Shown piece by piece: positions 52,007 through 63,453 of a stretch of 64,000 nt of DNA. The translations under genes were made by a program, and so were the position numbers. Numbering within the stretch: position 1 is the first letter of the stretch; each line of letters begins with the position of its first letter. The stretch comes from an uncultured Candidatus Rokubacteria bacterium (GTDB lineage: Bacteria; Methylomirabilota; Methylomirabilia; Rokubacteriales; CSP1-6), in contig CAVXJS010000022.1 in the NCBI GenBank assembly GCA_963762145.1, positions 96,001 to 160,000 of the forward strand, read 5' to 3'. The notes under the pieces are model-generated. The model did not search any database. It was not told where the DNA came from and saw only the letters and a list, made by a program, of their open reading frames with translations.

Positions 52007-52019
52007 TTAACAGCGTTAA
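52007..52019. promoter_or_regulatory. candidate TetR operator
   Basis: Inverted repeat TTAAC-AGC-GTTAA in an AT-rich divergent intergenic region. Confidence 0.5.
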
Positions 52020-52081
52020 TGTACGTAAATCGACATACGGGGGGCGCGGCGGAATGCCGGAACCCTGGGCGGGAGGGTACC

Positions 52082-53059
52082 ATGAGTCAATCGCGAGTGC
52101 TTAGGGGAAGCCTGCTCGGCATAGCGCTGGTGATGGCGGTGGCCGCGGCGGGCTGCGGCCGGCTGGCGGTGTGGTCGGCGCCGGCCAAGACGCCGACCAC
52201 CGCGCGGACCGCCGCTGCGGTCGAGGCCGACACGCTCTTCTGGAAGACGCTCCACGCCGGCGAGTACGATCGCATCCCGGACGCGCTCACCGCGCTGAAG
52301 GCCGCCTACCTCGAGAACCCGCGCGACGCGATCACCGCCGCTCACGTGGGGTGGCTGCACATCTGGCGGCTCGGCGAACGGGCCCGGCAGACCGCGCTCC
52401 GCCCCGACATCACGGACGACGCGGTGCTCGGCCGGAAGTACTTCGAGGAAGCGGTGCGGCTCGATCCCGGCGAGGCGCGCTACCTCGGCTTCTACGCCGG
52501 GCTGCTGATGGCCGAGGGCACCATCCACAAGGACGAGAAGATGGTCCGGCAGGGCTTCTACGCGATGCAGGACGCGATCCGCGCGTGGCCCGAGTTCAAC
52601 TACTTCACCGCCGGCTACACCGCCTCGGGCCTGCCCGTCGAGTCCGACCGGTTCCGCGGCGCGCTCGAGCAGCAGTGGCTGAACCTCGACGTGTGCACCG
52701 GGGAGAAGGTGGACCGGATCAACCCGGACTATGCGAAGTACATGCGACTGGAGACGAAGGAGGGCCCCCGGCGCGTGTGCTGGAACTCCTGGATCGCCCC
52801 GCACAACTTCGAAGGCTTCTTCCTCAACTTCGGCGACATGCTGGTGAAGGCGGGCCAGCCGGACCTCGCGGTGCCGATGTACCGCAACGCCCAGCTCGCA
52901 CGCGAGTACCCGGTCTGGCCATACAAGGCCGTGCTGGAGGCCCGCATCCGCGACGCCGCGAAGAACGTGGAGGCGTTTCGCCGCACCGAGCCCGGGCCGG
53001 ACGCGGCCACGCTCATGGTGCGCTCGACCTTTGCCTGCATGGGCTGCCACCAGGAGTGA
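52082..53059 (+). CDS. putative lipoprotein with C-terminal CxxCH
   Basis: GGGAGGG RBS, AAGC lipobox-like motif, helical body, ends FACMGCHQE. Confidence 0.75.
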   Translation: MSQSRVLRGSLLGIALVMAVAAAGCGRLAVWSAPAKTPTTARTAAAVEADTLFWKTLHAGEYDRIPDALTALKAAYLENPRDAITAAHVGWLHIWRLGERARQTALRPDITDDAVLGRKYFEEAVRLDPGEARYLGFYAGLLMAEGTIHKDEKMVRQGFYAMQDAIRAWPEFNYFTAGYTASGLPVESDRFRGALEQQWLNLDVCTGEKVDRINPDYAKYMRLETKEGPRRVCWNSWIAPHNFEGFFLNFGDMLVKAGQPDLAVPMYRNAQLAREYPVWPYKAVLEARIRDAAKNVEAFRRTEPGPDAATLMVRSTFACMGCHQE

Positions 53060-53067
53060 AGACGGGA

Positions 53068-53098
53068 CCGCCCGCCGGGCTTGACACCCGGCGGGCGG
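53068..53098. terminator. strong hairpin between convergent genes
   Basis: 12-bp perfect stem CCGCCCGCCGGG/CCCGGCGGGCGG. Confidence 0.6.
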
Positions 53099-53106
53099 CT
53101 ACGAAT

Positions 53107-53462
53107 TGGTGGAGGCGGTGGGCATCGAACCCACGTCCGGAAACCCTCGGCAACAGGCATCTACATCATTAGCCGGTTATCCCCTGCGTCTCGCCTCTCG
53201 GCCCCCCAACCGGCCGGGTCACCGATCAGCCAGCTCCTGTAGTTCTCGCCCCGCACCCCGGAGCAGGGTTTGGAGCCAGTCACCAGAATATGACGCCCTG
53301 ACCCGGACCCTGGTCACCCAATCCGGAGGACGCTGGCGGGTGTTAGGCCGCCAGAGCTAGCTGGTTGTCGGCAGCTATAACCGTGCCCCCAGTTTTACGA
53401 GGAGAGAGCACCTCGTGATGCCACCTGTGCGTCACTGATCCCCGTCGAAACCAGTCGCCCCC
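53107..53462 (-). ncRNA. ssrA: tmRNA; tag peptide (A)ADNQLALAA
   Basis: 5' GGGGGCGACTGGTTTCGAC, 3' GGTTCGATGCCCACCGCCTCCACCA, internal GCC GAC AAC CAG CTA GCT CTG GCG GCC TAA; adjacent to smpB. Confidence 0.95.
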
Positions 53463-53464
53463 TT

Positions 53465-53935
53465 CTACGCCCGGGATCGGGCGCGTGATTCCTTTTCCAT
53501 CTCCCGCCGGCTCTCGCGCTCGCGGAGGGACGCGCGCTTGTCGTGCAGCTTCTTGCCTCGGGCCAGGCCCAGCTCGACCTTCACACGCCCTGCCTTGAAG
53601 TATAGACGAAGCGGGATGAGGGTCAACCCGCGCTCGGCGATCTTCCCGAGCAGGCGTGAGATCTCCCGCTTGTGCAGCAGGAGCTTCCGCCTACGCTCCG
53701 GATCGTGATTGGCGTCGGTGCCGTGGTGGTAGGGGCTGATGTAGCAGCCGACGAGCCACGCCTCGTCGTTGTCGATCGTCGCGTAGCTGTCCTTGAAGTT
53801 GACCTGCGCCTCCCGGAGCGATTTGACCTCGGTCCCGCGCAGCACGAGCCCCGCCTCGTACCGCTCGAGAATCGCGTAGTCGTGGAAGGCCTTGCGGTTG
53901 GTGGAGATGACCTTCTCGTCCGTCTCGTCCGCCAT
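53465..53935 (-). CDS. smpB: SsrA-binding protein
   Basis: NRKAFHDY, EAGLVLRGTEVKSLR, RKLLLHKREI, GKKLHDKR. Confidence 0.97.
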   Translation of the reverse strand: MADETDEKVISTNRKAFHDYAILERYEAGLVLRGTEVKSLREAQVNFKDSYATIDNDEAWLVGCYISPYHHGTDANHDPERRRKLLLHKREISRLLGKIAERGLTLIPLRLYFKAGRVKVELGLARGKKLHDKRASLRERESRREMEKESRARSRA

Positions 53936-53999
53936 GGCGCTCAGACCCTCCGGCCCTTGACTTCATAGCCGCGGTCCGTAATATGTAGGCCTTGCCCGA

Positions 54000-54086
54000 G
54001 CCGAAGTGGCGGAATTGGCAGACGCGCATGATTCAGGGTCATGTGCCCGCAAGGGTGTGGGGGTTCGAGTCCCCCCTTCGGCACCA
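54000..54086 (+). tRNA. tRNA-Leu(CAG)
   Basis: GCCGAAGTGGCGGAATTGGCAGACGCGCATGA-TT-CAG-GG-TCATG, long variable arm, GTTCGAGTC, CCA. TTGACT-N16-TAATAT upstream. Confidence 0.96.
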
Positions 54087-54137
54087 GTAGAATCCCCGCC
54101 CGGATCCTCATCCTCACATTCCGAGTGTACGGCGGGA

Positions 54138-55112
54138 CTACGCCAGCTCGGCGAGTTCGACGCGACGGCCCAGCGAGGACGAGCGCTGCGCCGCTTCCAC
54201 CGTGCGCAGCGCATCGAGCCCCGCCTGCACGTCCACCGCCGGCCGGCTGCGGCGCGCCACCGCGTCCAGGAACCGTTCCAGCTCGAGGCGGAGCGGCTCG
54301 GGACCGGACGCCTTGAAGGTCTCCCCCGTGCCTTCCGGCGCCTGCCAGCCCGACGGAGTCTGCACGTGGCGATTGGCGAGCACGCGAACCTCGGAGGTGG
54401 CGAAGTCGGCGGCGAGCGTCCCCTGCTCGCCCACGATCACGCATTCGCGGGCGGTTCCAGGGGCGAAGTAGCCCGCTTCCACGAAAGCGGGAATGTCACC
54501 GTAGTCAACCGTGGTGAACGAGCAGTCGTCGAGGCCGCGGCCCAGATGGTCGCGCAGGGTCGCGGTGACCGCGGTGGCCGGACGCCCGAGCAGGTGGGCG
54601 AAGAGGTCGAAGTAGTGGATGGCATCCGTCTGCGTCACACCCACGTCCGTCCGCGGGCGCTTGAATCCGGCGAAGCGGCCGGTGCAGTAGCGCACCCGCC
54701 CGAGCGTCCCGGCGGCCAGCCGCTCGCGCAGCGCGGTCGTGACCGGATGGAAGCGGAAGATGTGGCCGACCTGCAGCACGCGGCCCGTCTCCGCCACGAT
54801 CGTGGCGAGGCGGCGACCCTCGGTCACCGTGAGGGCGAGCGGCTTCTCGATGAAGCAATCGCGACCCGCGCCCAGGCACTCCGCGGCCAGGGCCAGGTGA
54901 TTCTCGGTCGGCGTCACGATGTCCACCGCGTCCACGTGCGGCAGCGCGAGGCGGAAATCTTCGACCGCGCGCGCCGGCGTCACCCCGGCCTTGATCGCGA
55001 AGGCTCGCCGCTCCGCCGAGACGTCCGCCACCCAGAGATCCACGCCCAGCTCGCCGAGCACCCGCAGGTGCTTCTCGCCCCAGCGCCCCAGACCGACCAG
55101 TAGCACCTTCAC
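54138..55112 (-). CDS. Gfo/Idh/MocA oxidoreductase
   Basis: VGLGRWG, FIEKPLA, QVGHIFRFHP, DAIHYFD. Confidence 0.9.
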   Translation of the reverse strand: MKVLLVGLGRWGEKHLRVLGELGVDLWVADVSAERRAFAIKAGVTPARAVEDFRLALPHVDAVDIVTPTENHLALAAECLGAGRDCFIEKPLALTVTEGRRLATIVAETGRVLQVGHIFRFHPVTTALRERLAAGTLGRVRYCTGRFAGFKRPRTDVGVTQTDAIHYFDLFAHLLGRPATAVTATLRDHLGRGLDDCSFTTVDYGDIPAFVEAGYFAPGTARECVIVGEQGTLAADFATSEVRVLANRHVQTPSGWQAPEGTGETFKASGPEPLRLELERFLDAVARRSRPAVDVQAGLDALRTVEAAQRSSSLGRRVELAELA

Positions 55113-55888
55113 CGGCCGCCCCCGGCCTCGCCGCCCAGGTCCTCGGCGATCTCGTAGCGCAGGTACCGGTCTTTCATCCAGCGCACGACGAGGAGATCCA
55201 CGAAGGCGTGGCCCGCGCGGTTACCGATGCCGTAGTTGGACCGGCCGAACCGGCGCGGTCGGTGATTCACCGGGACCTCGAGCACCCGGAACCCGCGCAT
55301 CCGCAGCAGCGTCGGAATGAACCGATGGAACCCCCGGTAGAGCACGAGGTCGCGCAGGCACTCGCGACGGAAAGCGCGGAAGGTGCACCCGCTGTCCTGG
55401 ATGGTCTCCTCGCTCACGCGATTGCGCACCCGGTTGGCGATGCGCGAGGAGACGCGTCGCACCCAGGAGTCGCCCGCCGCCCGGTTCACGCGCCAGCCGG
55501 TCACCGCGTCCCATTGATCGAGATGCTGAACCATCGCGGGAATATCGTGCGGGTCGTTCTGGAGATCGGCATCCATGACGACCACGCGGCGGCCCCGCAC
55601 CGCCTTCAGGCCCGCGTCGGTGGCCGCGGTCTCACCCGCGTTGGCCTTCAGACGCACGAGCCGAACGCGGTCGTCCCGCTCGCGGAGCTCCCGGACGATC
55701 TCGGCGCTCCGGTCGCGGCTGCCGTCGTCCACGAAGATGACCTCGTAGCGCACGCCGGTCGGCTCGAGCGCGGCGCGGATCTCCGACCAGAGGAGCGGGA
55801 GACTCTCCTCCTCGTTGTACACCGGGACGACGATGGAAAGGTCGGGCGCGGCGGAGCCCGGTTCCGGGCGGAAAGCGGGCGGGGTCAC
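55109..55888 (-). CDS. glycosyltransferase family 2 (ArnC/DPM1-like)
   Basis: SIVVPVYNEEE, FVDDGSRD, MDADLQNDP, HRFIP, HRPRRFGRS. Confidence 0.9.
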   Translation of the reverse strand: MTPPAFRPEPGSAAPDLSIVVPVYNEEESLPLLWSEIRAALEPTGVRYEVIFVDDGSRDRSAEIVRELRERDDRVRLVRLKANAGETAATDAGLKAVRGRRVVVMDADLQNDPHDIPAMVQHLDQWDAVTGWRVNRAAGDSWVRRVSSRIANRVRNRVSEETIQDSGCTFRAFRRECLRDLVLYRGFHRFIPTLLRMRGFRVLEVPVNHRPRRFGRSNYGIGNRAGHAFVDLLVVRWMKDRYLRYEIAEDLGGEAGGGR

Positions 55889-56478
55889 CCGCGGGGCGGC
55901 CCCGGCACGCGCGGCGGCGCGCCCTGCCACTCCGGCGCCAGCGAATGCGGGAGACCGAGCCGGTCGAGCACGCGCGCCAGCGTGGCGACGACGAGATCGT
56001 CGATCTGCTTCGGCCGGTTGTAGAAGGCGGGCATCGGCGGCAGCACGACCGCGCCCATCTCGGCCAGCGCGGTGAGCACCCGGAGGTGCCCGAGATGCAG
56101 CGGGGTCTCGCGGACCACCAGGATGAGCGCCCGGCCCTCCTTGAGCGTCACGTCGGCCGCCCGCGCCATCAGCGTGTCGGAGACGCAGTGGGCCACCGCC
56201 GCCGCGGTCTTGATGCTGCACGGCACGATGACCATGCCATCGGTCTTGAACGAGCCGGAGGCGAGCGCCGCGCCGATGTCCCGGTTGCGGTAACGGCGGG
56301 TGGCGAGCGCCTCGACGTCGGCGACCGTGTAGTCGGTCTCCTCGACGATGGTACGTCGCCCCGCGTCCGAGATGACCAGATGTGCCTCGACGTCGGGAAT
56401 CCCGCGCAGGAGCTCAAGGAACCGGATGCCGTAGATCGCGCCCGAGGCGCCGCTCAGCCCGACGACCACGCGCTTCAT
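55885..56478 (-). CDS. ubiX: flavin prenyltransferase
   Basis: VGLSGASGAIYG, ASGSF, PCS, RAADVTLKE, RETP, PPMPAFY. Confidence 0.93.
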   Translation of the reverse strand: MKRVVVGLSGASGAIYGIRFLELLRGIPDVEAHLVISDAGRRTIVEETDYTVADVEALATRRYRNRDIGAALASGSFKTDGMVIVPCSIKTAAAVAHCVSDTLMARAADVTLKEGRALILVVRETPLHLGHLRVLTALAEMGAVVLPPMPAFYNRPKQIDDLVVATLARVLDRLGLPHSLAPEWQGAPPRVPGPPRG

Positions 56479-56768
56479 AGCCGGAACCGGCGCCGATAGA
56501 CTTCGTCGCGGGTCTTCTGGTAGAGCAGCTCCCACTCCGAGCTGCCCTCGGGCGCCGGGCGCGAATAGGTGCTGAGCGCGCGGCGCACTTCCTGGTCGAT
56601 CGACTCCTCGAGCTTCGACTCGTCCTCGAGGACGCGGAACACCTCGGTTCGGAGCTGGCCGTGGGCCTTGTCCTCGTCACCCTTGATCGAGACACTCTCG
56701 GTCGCGGCTAGGTCGGCGACGATGCGGTCCGCCAGCGCGAACATGCGCTCGCGACTCATCCGCGTCAC
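56475..56768 (-). CDS. DUF507-like protein
   Basis: LEDESKLEESIDQEVRRAL...EGSSEWELLYQK. Confidence 0.65.
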   Translation of the reverse strand: MTRMSRERMFALADRIVADLAATESVSIKGDEDKAHGQLRTEVFRVLEDESKLEESIDQEVRRALSTYSRPAPEGSSEWELLYQKTRDEVYRRRFRL

Positions 56769-57043
56769 AGCGTGAACCCCCGTTCCTTGGCGAGCTTGGT
56801 CTTGACCAGCGCGAAAAGGCGCTTGTAGTCGGAGGCGGAGTCGCGGATCAGCTTGGCATTGTCCATCAGGAGGGTGCGCGCGTCGGCGTCGAGCTTCTCC
56901 TCGGCCTGGAAGTTCTCGGCCAGGATGCGTCGGACCACCTCGCGCGCCCGCGTCTCGTCCCGGACGTCGGCGAGCTTGCGCCCGACCAGCCGCTTCACCA
57001 CGGCCTCCGCCATCCGTTCTGCTACCTCGTCCCGTCGCGCCAT
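56765..57043 (-). CDS. DUF507-like protein
   Basis: EEKLDADAR...DYKRLFALVKTKLAKERGF. Confidence 0.65.
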   Translation of the reverse strand: MARRDEVAERMAEAVVKRLVGRKLADVRDETRAREVVRRILAENFQAEEKLDADARTLLMDNAKLIRDSASDYKRLFALVKTKLAKERGFTL

Positions 57044-57105
57044 GCCCGGAGAGACAGGGTACACGGCCACGAACTCGAGTGTCAACAACTATACGGAAAT
57101 ATGGA

Positions 57106-58632
57106 TCAAAAGTCTCTGGCGGCCTCCGGGAGAAGCAGGCGAAATCGGGATCCTTTTCCGGGCAGGCTATCCACCTCGACTCGACCGCCGTGGGCTTCGG
57201 CCAGAGCCTTCACGAGGCTCAGCCCCAACCCCAGGCCCCGGGCCGTGGCGGTGTCGGGATGGGGGACGCGGACGTACTTCTCGAAGATCCGCGGGAGCTG
57301 CTCGGCCGGGATCCCGACGCCGTCGTCCTCGACCGCCAGCTCGATCATCCCGGGCTGATCCTCCGCGGGGCCCGCGGAGACGCACACCAGGCCGCCGCGC
57401 GGCGAATATTTGACCGCGTTCGAGAGCAGGTTCTTGACTATCCGGTCGAGCGCATCGGGATCCGCGCGCAGGGCCATGTCGGATCCGGGCGCGGTCCAGC
57501 GGAAGCGGTGCTCGCGATGCTCGGCCGCGAAGATCTCAAGGTTGCGCTCGATCAACCCGGCGAGATCGATCAGCTCCGGATTGAGCTCGAGCGGGCGCCC
57601 GGCCTCGATCCGGGACAGATCCAGCAGCTCCCCGACGATGCGTCCCAGCGTGCACGCCTCGGTGTGGAGGTAGACGAGGCACCGCCGGGCGCGCTCCGGC
57701 GACAACGCCGAGCGCAGGAGCAGCTCGCTGAAGCCCTGCAGGGCGGTCAGCGGCGTGCGCAGCTCGTGCGAGACCACCGAGAGGAACTCGGTCTTGGCCT
57801 GATCCAGCTCGCGGAGTCGCGCGGTCGCCGCCGATACCTTCTCCGCGAGCTCCTCGGCGAAGTGGTGCTGGCGACGGGTGAGACGCGCGTTCTCCACCGC
57901 CAGACCCACGTGCAGCGCCAGCTCTTCGGCCGCGGCGCGCGTGGCGCGCGACAGCTCCCCCCGCCACTCGACCGCCATCACCCCGACCACGCCCGCCCCC
58001 GAGACGAGTGGCACCGCGAGGGCGCGCACCGGCGTCGGGCCGGCCGGCTCGTTCGCCCGCACGCGGGGGTCCGCCGCCAGATCCACGCTGCTCACGCGCT
58101 GGCCGGTGGCGAGCGCGAAGACCGCCGCCGACTCGGGATCGACGAGCGTCCCCGTCGGCACGCTGGCGAGCTGCGCGGTACGCACGTCGGGGCCGATCAG
58201 CAACGCGAGGCGCCGAGCCCGGAGCGCGCCGCGGAGCTCGCGGGCGATGCTCACGAGCTTGTCATCCATCGGGTCCGGGCCATCCAGCCGGCGCTGGATC
58301 GCGAGCACCGCGGCCAGGCGCGCCGCACGGGCGCGGGAGCCGTCCACCAGGCGTCCGACCAGGAGCCCGGCCACGCTCGGCAGAGCGAGGGACAGCAGGC
58401 CGTCGAGCGTCTGGGAGGTGAGGCCCAGCCGCTCCACCGCAGGCAGCACGACCGGCGCGTGTAGCAGACCGGCCAGCGCGCCGACCAGGCCGCCGCCGAC
58501 AGCGCCCCTGGTCAGCCCCGCCCAGAGTGTCGGCACGAGGTAGAGATGCCGGAGCACGGAGGCGGGGCCCTGGTCCGCGACGGCCATGGCCAGCGCGATC
58601 GCGGCCAGCAACACGACCGGCAGCGTGATCAC
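57106..58632 (-). CDS. membrane sensor histidine kinase with GAF domain
   Basis: TM helices, GAF, SHELRTPL, NLLSNAVKYS, DDGVGI, GLGLGL, GKGSRF. Confidence 0.92.
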   Translation of the reverse strand: MITLPVVLLAAIALAMAVADQGPASVLRHLYLVPTLWAGLTRGAVGGGLVGALAGLLHAPVVLPAVERLGLTSQTLDGLLSLALPSVAGLLVGRLVDGSRARAARLAAVLAIQRRLDGPDPMDDKLVSIARELRGALRARRLALLIGPDVRTAQLASVPTGTLVDPESAAVFALATGQRVSSVDLAADPRVRANEPAGPTPVRALAVPLVSGAGVVGVMAVEWRGELSRATRAAAEELALHVGLAVENARLTRRQHHFAEELAEKVSAATARLRELDQAKTEFLSVVSHELRTPLTALQGFSELLLRSALSPERARRCLVYLHTEACTLGRIVGELLDLSRIEAGRPLELNPELIDLAGLIERNLEIFAAEHREHRFRWTAPGSDMALRADPDALDRIVKNLLSNAVKYSPRGGLVCVSAGPAEDQPGMIELAVEDDGVGIPAEQLPRIFEKYVRVPHPDTATARGLGLGLSLVKALAEAHGGRVEVDSLPGKGSRFRLLLPEAARDF

Positions 58633-59453
58633 GCCGCGAGCATCCGGTAGGCGGCGAAGAAGGCGAGCGCGGCCAGATAGCCGGGCAGGAGGCTGCCGCT
58701 CCAGGCGCGCAGCGCGCAGGCGATCAGTCCGACCAGGCCAAGATAGAAGACGGCTCCCGCCCGCGCTTCCGCGGCGTGCGGGAGGGCGGGGTCGAGCAGA
58801 TAGCGAAGGAGTGATAGCGCCGTCGTCACCAGCGCGGCCGGCCAGAACGACCAGCGCCGCCAGAGCCAGGAGAACATCGCACCGCGGAACGCCCACTCCG
58901 CGCTGAGCGCGTTGGCGCCCACGTCGTACGCCAGCGCCGAGAGATACGTGGTGAGGCCGCCGATCTGCAGCCGATAGCCAAAGGTCCGCGAAGCGGTGAC
59001 GAGCAGGTGCGCGCCGAGGAACGCTCCGACCGCCAGGCCCGCCACCGCGTGCACCGGCCGAGCACCCCGGAGCCCGATCGCCCGCAGGCATGGCCGCCGC
59101 CCTGCTTCGACCAGCAGCACTCCGGGCACGAACAGGAATGCGAGCGCGCCGAGCGGGTGGAGGCGTGCGGCCGTCGAGGCCACGAGCACCGTCACGCCGA
59201 GCCGGACGACCGGCCCGGCCCATCCGGGCGCTGCGTCGGTCGCAAGCAGCCAGCCCAGCGCCAGCAATCCGCCGTGAGCGGCCCCGCTGGCCAGGGCGTG
59301 TCCGACCGAGAGCGGAGCCCCCCCGGCCCACTCCAGGGCGACGCCGGCGGTCGCGAGCAGCGCGGCCACGCCCGCAACCTGCCCGTAGGCCCGGACCGGC
59401 CCGTGTGCCGGTGCGAGCGCGCCAGGCTCAAACGGCGCGCTGAGGAGGCGCAT
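58629..59453 (-). CDS. CPBP/Abi-like intramembrane protein
   Basis: Multi-TM; AEWAFRG and SGSLLPG resemble degenerate CAAX-protease motifs. Confidence 0.55.
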   Translation of the reverse strand: MRLLSAPFEPGALAPAHGPVRAYGQVAGVAALLATAGVALEWAGGAPLSVGHALASGAAHGGLLALGWLLATDAAPGWAGPVVRLGVTVLVASTAARLHPLGALAFLFVPGVLLVEAGRRPCLRAIGLRGARPVHAVAGLAVGAFLGAHLLVTASRTFGYRLQIGGLTTYLSALAYDVGANALSAEWAFRGAMFSWLWRRWSFWPAALVTTALSLLRYLLDPALPHAAEARAGAVFYLGLVGLIACALRAWSGSLLPGYLAALAFFAAYRMLAA

Positions 59454-60183
59454 CGTCGGTCAGACGGATACAGAGGGTGGCCAGGCGAGGATCGAGCGTC
59501 TCGCCCGCTTCCGACTCGAGGTGGCGCACCACGTCCGCCCGGGGTAACCGCGGCCGATATGGGCGATCCGAGGTGAGCGCGTCGTAGACGTCAGCCACCG
59601 CCACGATGCGGGCGCCCAGGGGGATCTGCGCTCCGCGCAACCCGTCGGGATACCCGCTGCCATCGTGTCGCTCGTGGTGGTGTCGCACGATGACCGCGCC
59701 TTCGGCGAAGAACTCGAGCGGCGCGACGATCTGGGCGCCGACGACGGGATGCCGGCGCATCACGGCCCACTCCTCGTCGCTGAGCGGGCCGGGCTTGCGG
59801 AGCACGCCTTCCGGGATCCCGATCTTGCCCAGATCGTGCAGCAGCCCGGCCTGCCCGATGGTGACGGCCGCCCCGGGCGCGACGCCGGCCGCGAGCGCGA
59901 TCCGCCGCGCGAGCGCCGCGACTCGCTCGGAATGCCCGCGCGTGTAGTCGTCCTTGGCCTCGAGCGCATTGGCCAGCCCAAGCAGGCTCTGCAGGCTCGA
60001 TTGCTCCAAACGCCGGTACGTCGTGCGGAGGTCGATGGCGTACTGCAGCGACTGGAGGTATGCCGCGCGCAGGCGCTCCTGCGTCTCCTCGAGCTCACGC
60101 TCCCGCGCCCGCGAGGTCTCGTAGAGCGCCTTGAGATCGCGCGCGTAGGACAGCGCCTGGGAGAGCCCTACCTGGCCGGCCAT
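59428..60183 (-). CDS. HD-GYP phosphodiesterase
   Basis: YTRGHSERV, LHDLGK, HHHERHDGSGYP, ADVYDALTSDRPY. Confidence 0.93.
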   Translation of the reverse strand: MAGQVGLSQALSYARDLKALYETSRARERELEETQERLRAAYLQSLQYAIDLRTTYRRLEQSSLQSLLGLANALEAKDDYTRGHSERVAALARRIALAAGVAPGAAVTIGQAGLLHDLGKIGIPEGVLRKPGPLSDEEWAVMRRHPVVGAQIVAPLEFFAEGAVIVRHHHERHDGSGYPDGLRGAQIPLGARIVAVADVYDALTSDRPYRPRLPRADVVRHLESEAGETLDPRLATLCIRLTDDAPPQRAV

Positions 60184-60554
60184 ACCGAGGCCTCCGGCAC
60201 GAGCGAGCGCACCAGCGTGAGCAGGGCGAGCGGCGAGAACGGCTTGGTCAGGTAGTGATCGGCGCCCGCCTCGAGCCCGCGGCGGCGATCGGCCGCCTGC
60301 GCCGCCGCGGTGAGCATGACGATGCGAGTGCGCGCGCACTCGGGCAGACGCCGGAGCTGACGGCAGGTCTCCAGCCCATTGAGGCGCGGCATCTGCACGT
60401 CGAGCAGGGCCACGTCGGGGCGCTCGCGCCGCGCCAGGTCCAGCGCGGCGGCCCCGTCGGCGGCGTCCACGATCCGCACGTGCGCGTCTTCGAGGGTGAA
60501 GCGAACCAGGTCCACGATTGCGGGTTCATCGTCGGCGATCAGGATGGTCATCAT
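60168..60554 (-). CDS. response regulator receiver
   Basis: ILIADDE, LLDVQMP, MLT, GADHYLTKPF. Confidence 0.92.
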   Translation of the reverse strand: MMTILIADDEPAIVDLVRFTLEDAHVRIVDAADGAAALDLARRERPDVALLDVQMPRLNGLETCRQLRRLPECARTRIVMLTAAAQAADRRRGLEAGADHYLTKPFSPLALLTLVRSLVPEASVWPAR

Positions 60555-60567
60555 GCCGCCGGTCAAT

Positions 60568-60583
60568 TGCGAGGGGCGTGCCA
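60568..60583 (-). promoter_or_regulatory. candidate sigma54 promoter
   Basis: TGGCACGCCCCTCGCA (GG-N10-GC) just upstream of the RR/HD-GYP/HK operon. Confidence 0.55.
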
Positions 60584-60690
60584 CGAGGCACGCCGAGCGG
60601 AATCAGCGGGTTGCGATCAGGTCGCCGCGGGAGTGCCCGGGGCGATGGGCAGCGCGCGGGCCCATCCTGCCCCGCGCGAAGGGCAGCGGG

Positions 60691-61103
60691 CTAGTCGCCC
60701 CCCATCGAGGCGATGAGCAGGCGCGTGAGGGCGCGCTGGTAGGCGGCCACCGCGTCCGCGAAGTCGATCTCGTCTGACTCGCCTTCCACGGGTCGGCCCG
60801 CCATGCGCTGCTCGGCACGCTCGCGCGCACGCTCGGCCCGCTCGCGGTCGATCTCGTCGGGGCGCTCGGCAAGCTCGGCGAGGATGATCACGCGATCCGG
60901 GGTCACCTCGGCGAAGCCGCCGTGCACCGCGATGTGCTGCTCGCCCCGGCCGGTCCGGTACGTGACCCGGCCGCTCCCCAGGGTGGCCAGGAAGGCGGCG
61001 TGGCCGGGCAGCACTCCGAAGTAGCCCTCGGTTCCCGGCGCCACCACCTCGTCCACCTGCTCGGAGACGAGCTGCCGGGTCGGCGTGGCTACCTCCAGCA
61101 GCA

Positions 61104-61104
<1 letters not shown>
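60691..61104 (-). CDS. atpC: ATP synthase epsilon subunit
   Basis: LEVATP, GYFGVLPGHA, GGFAEV, EIDRERA. Confidence 0.95.
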
Positions 61105-63441
<2,337 letters not shown>

Positions 63442-63453
63442 GGCGACCCGTCC

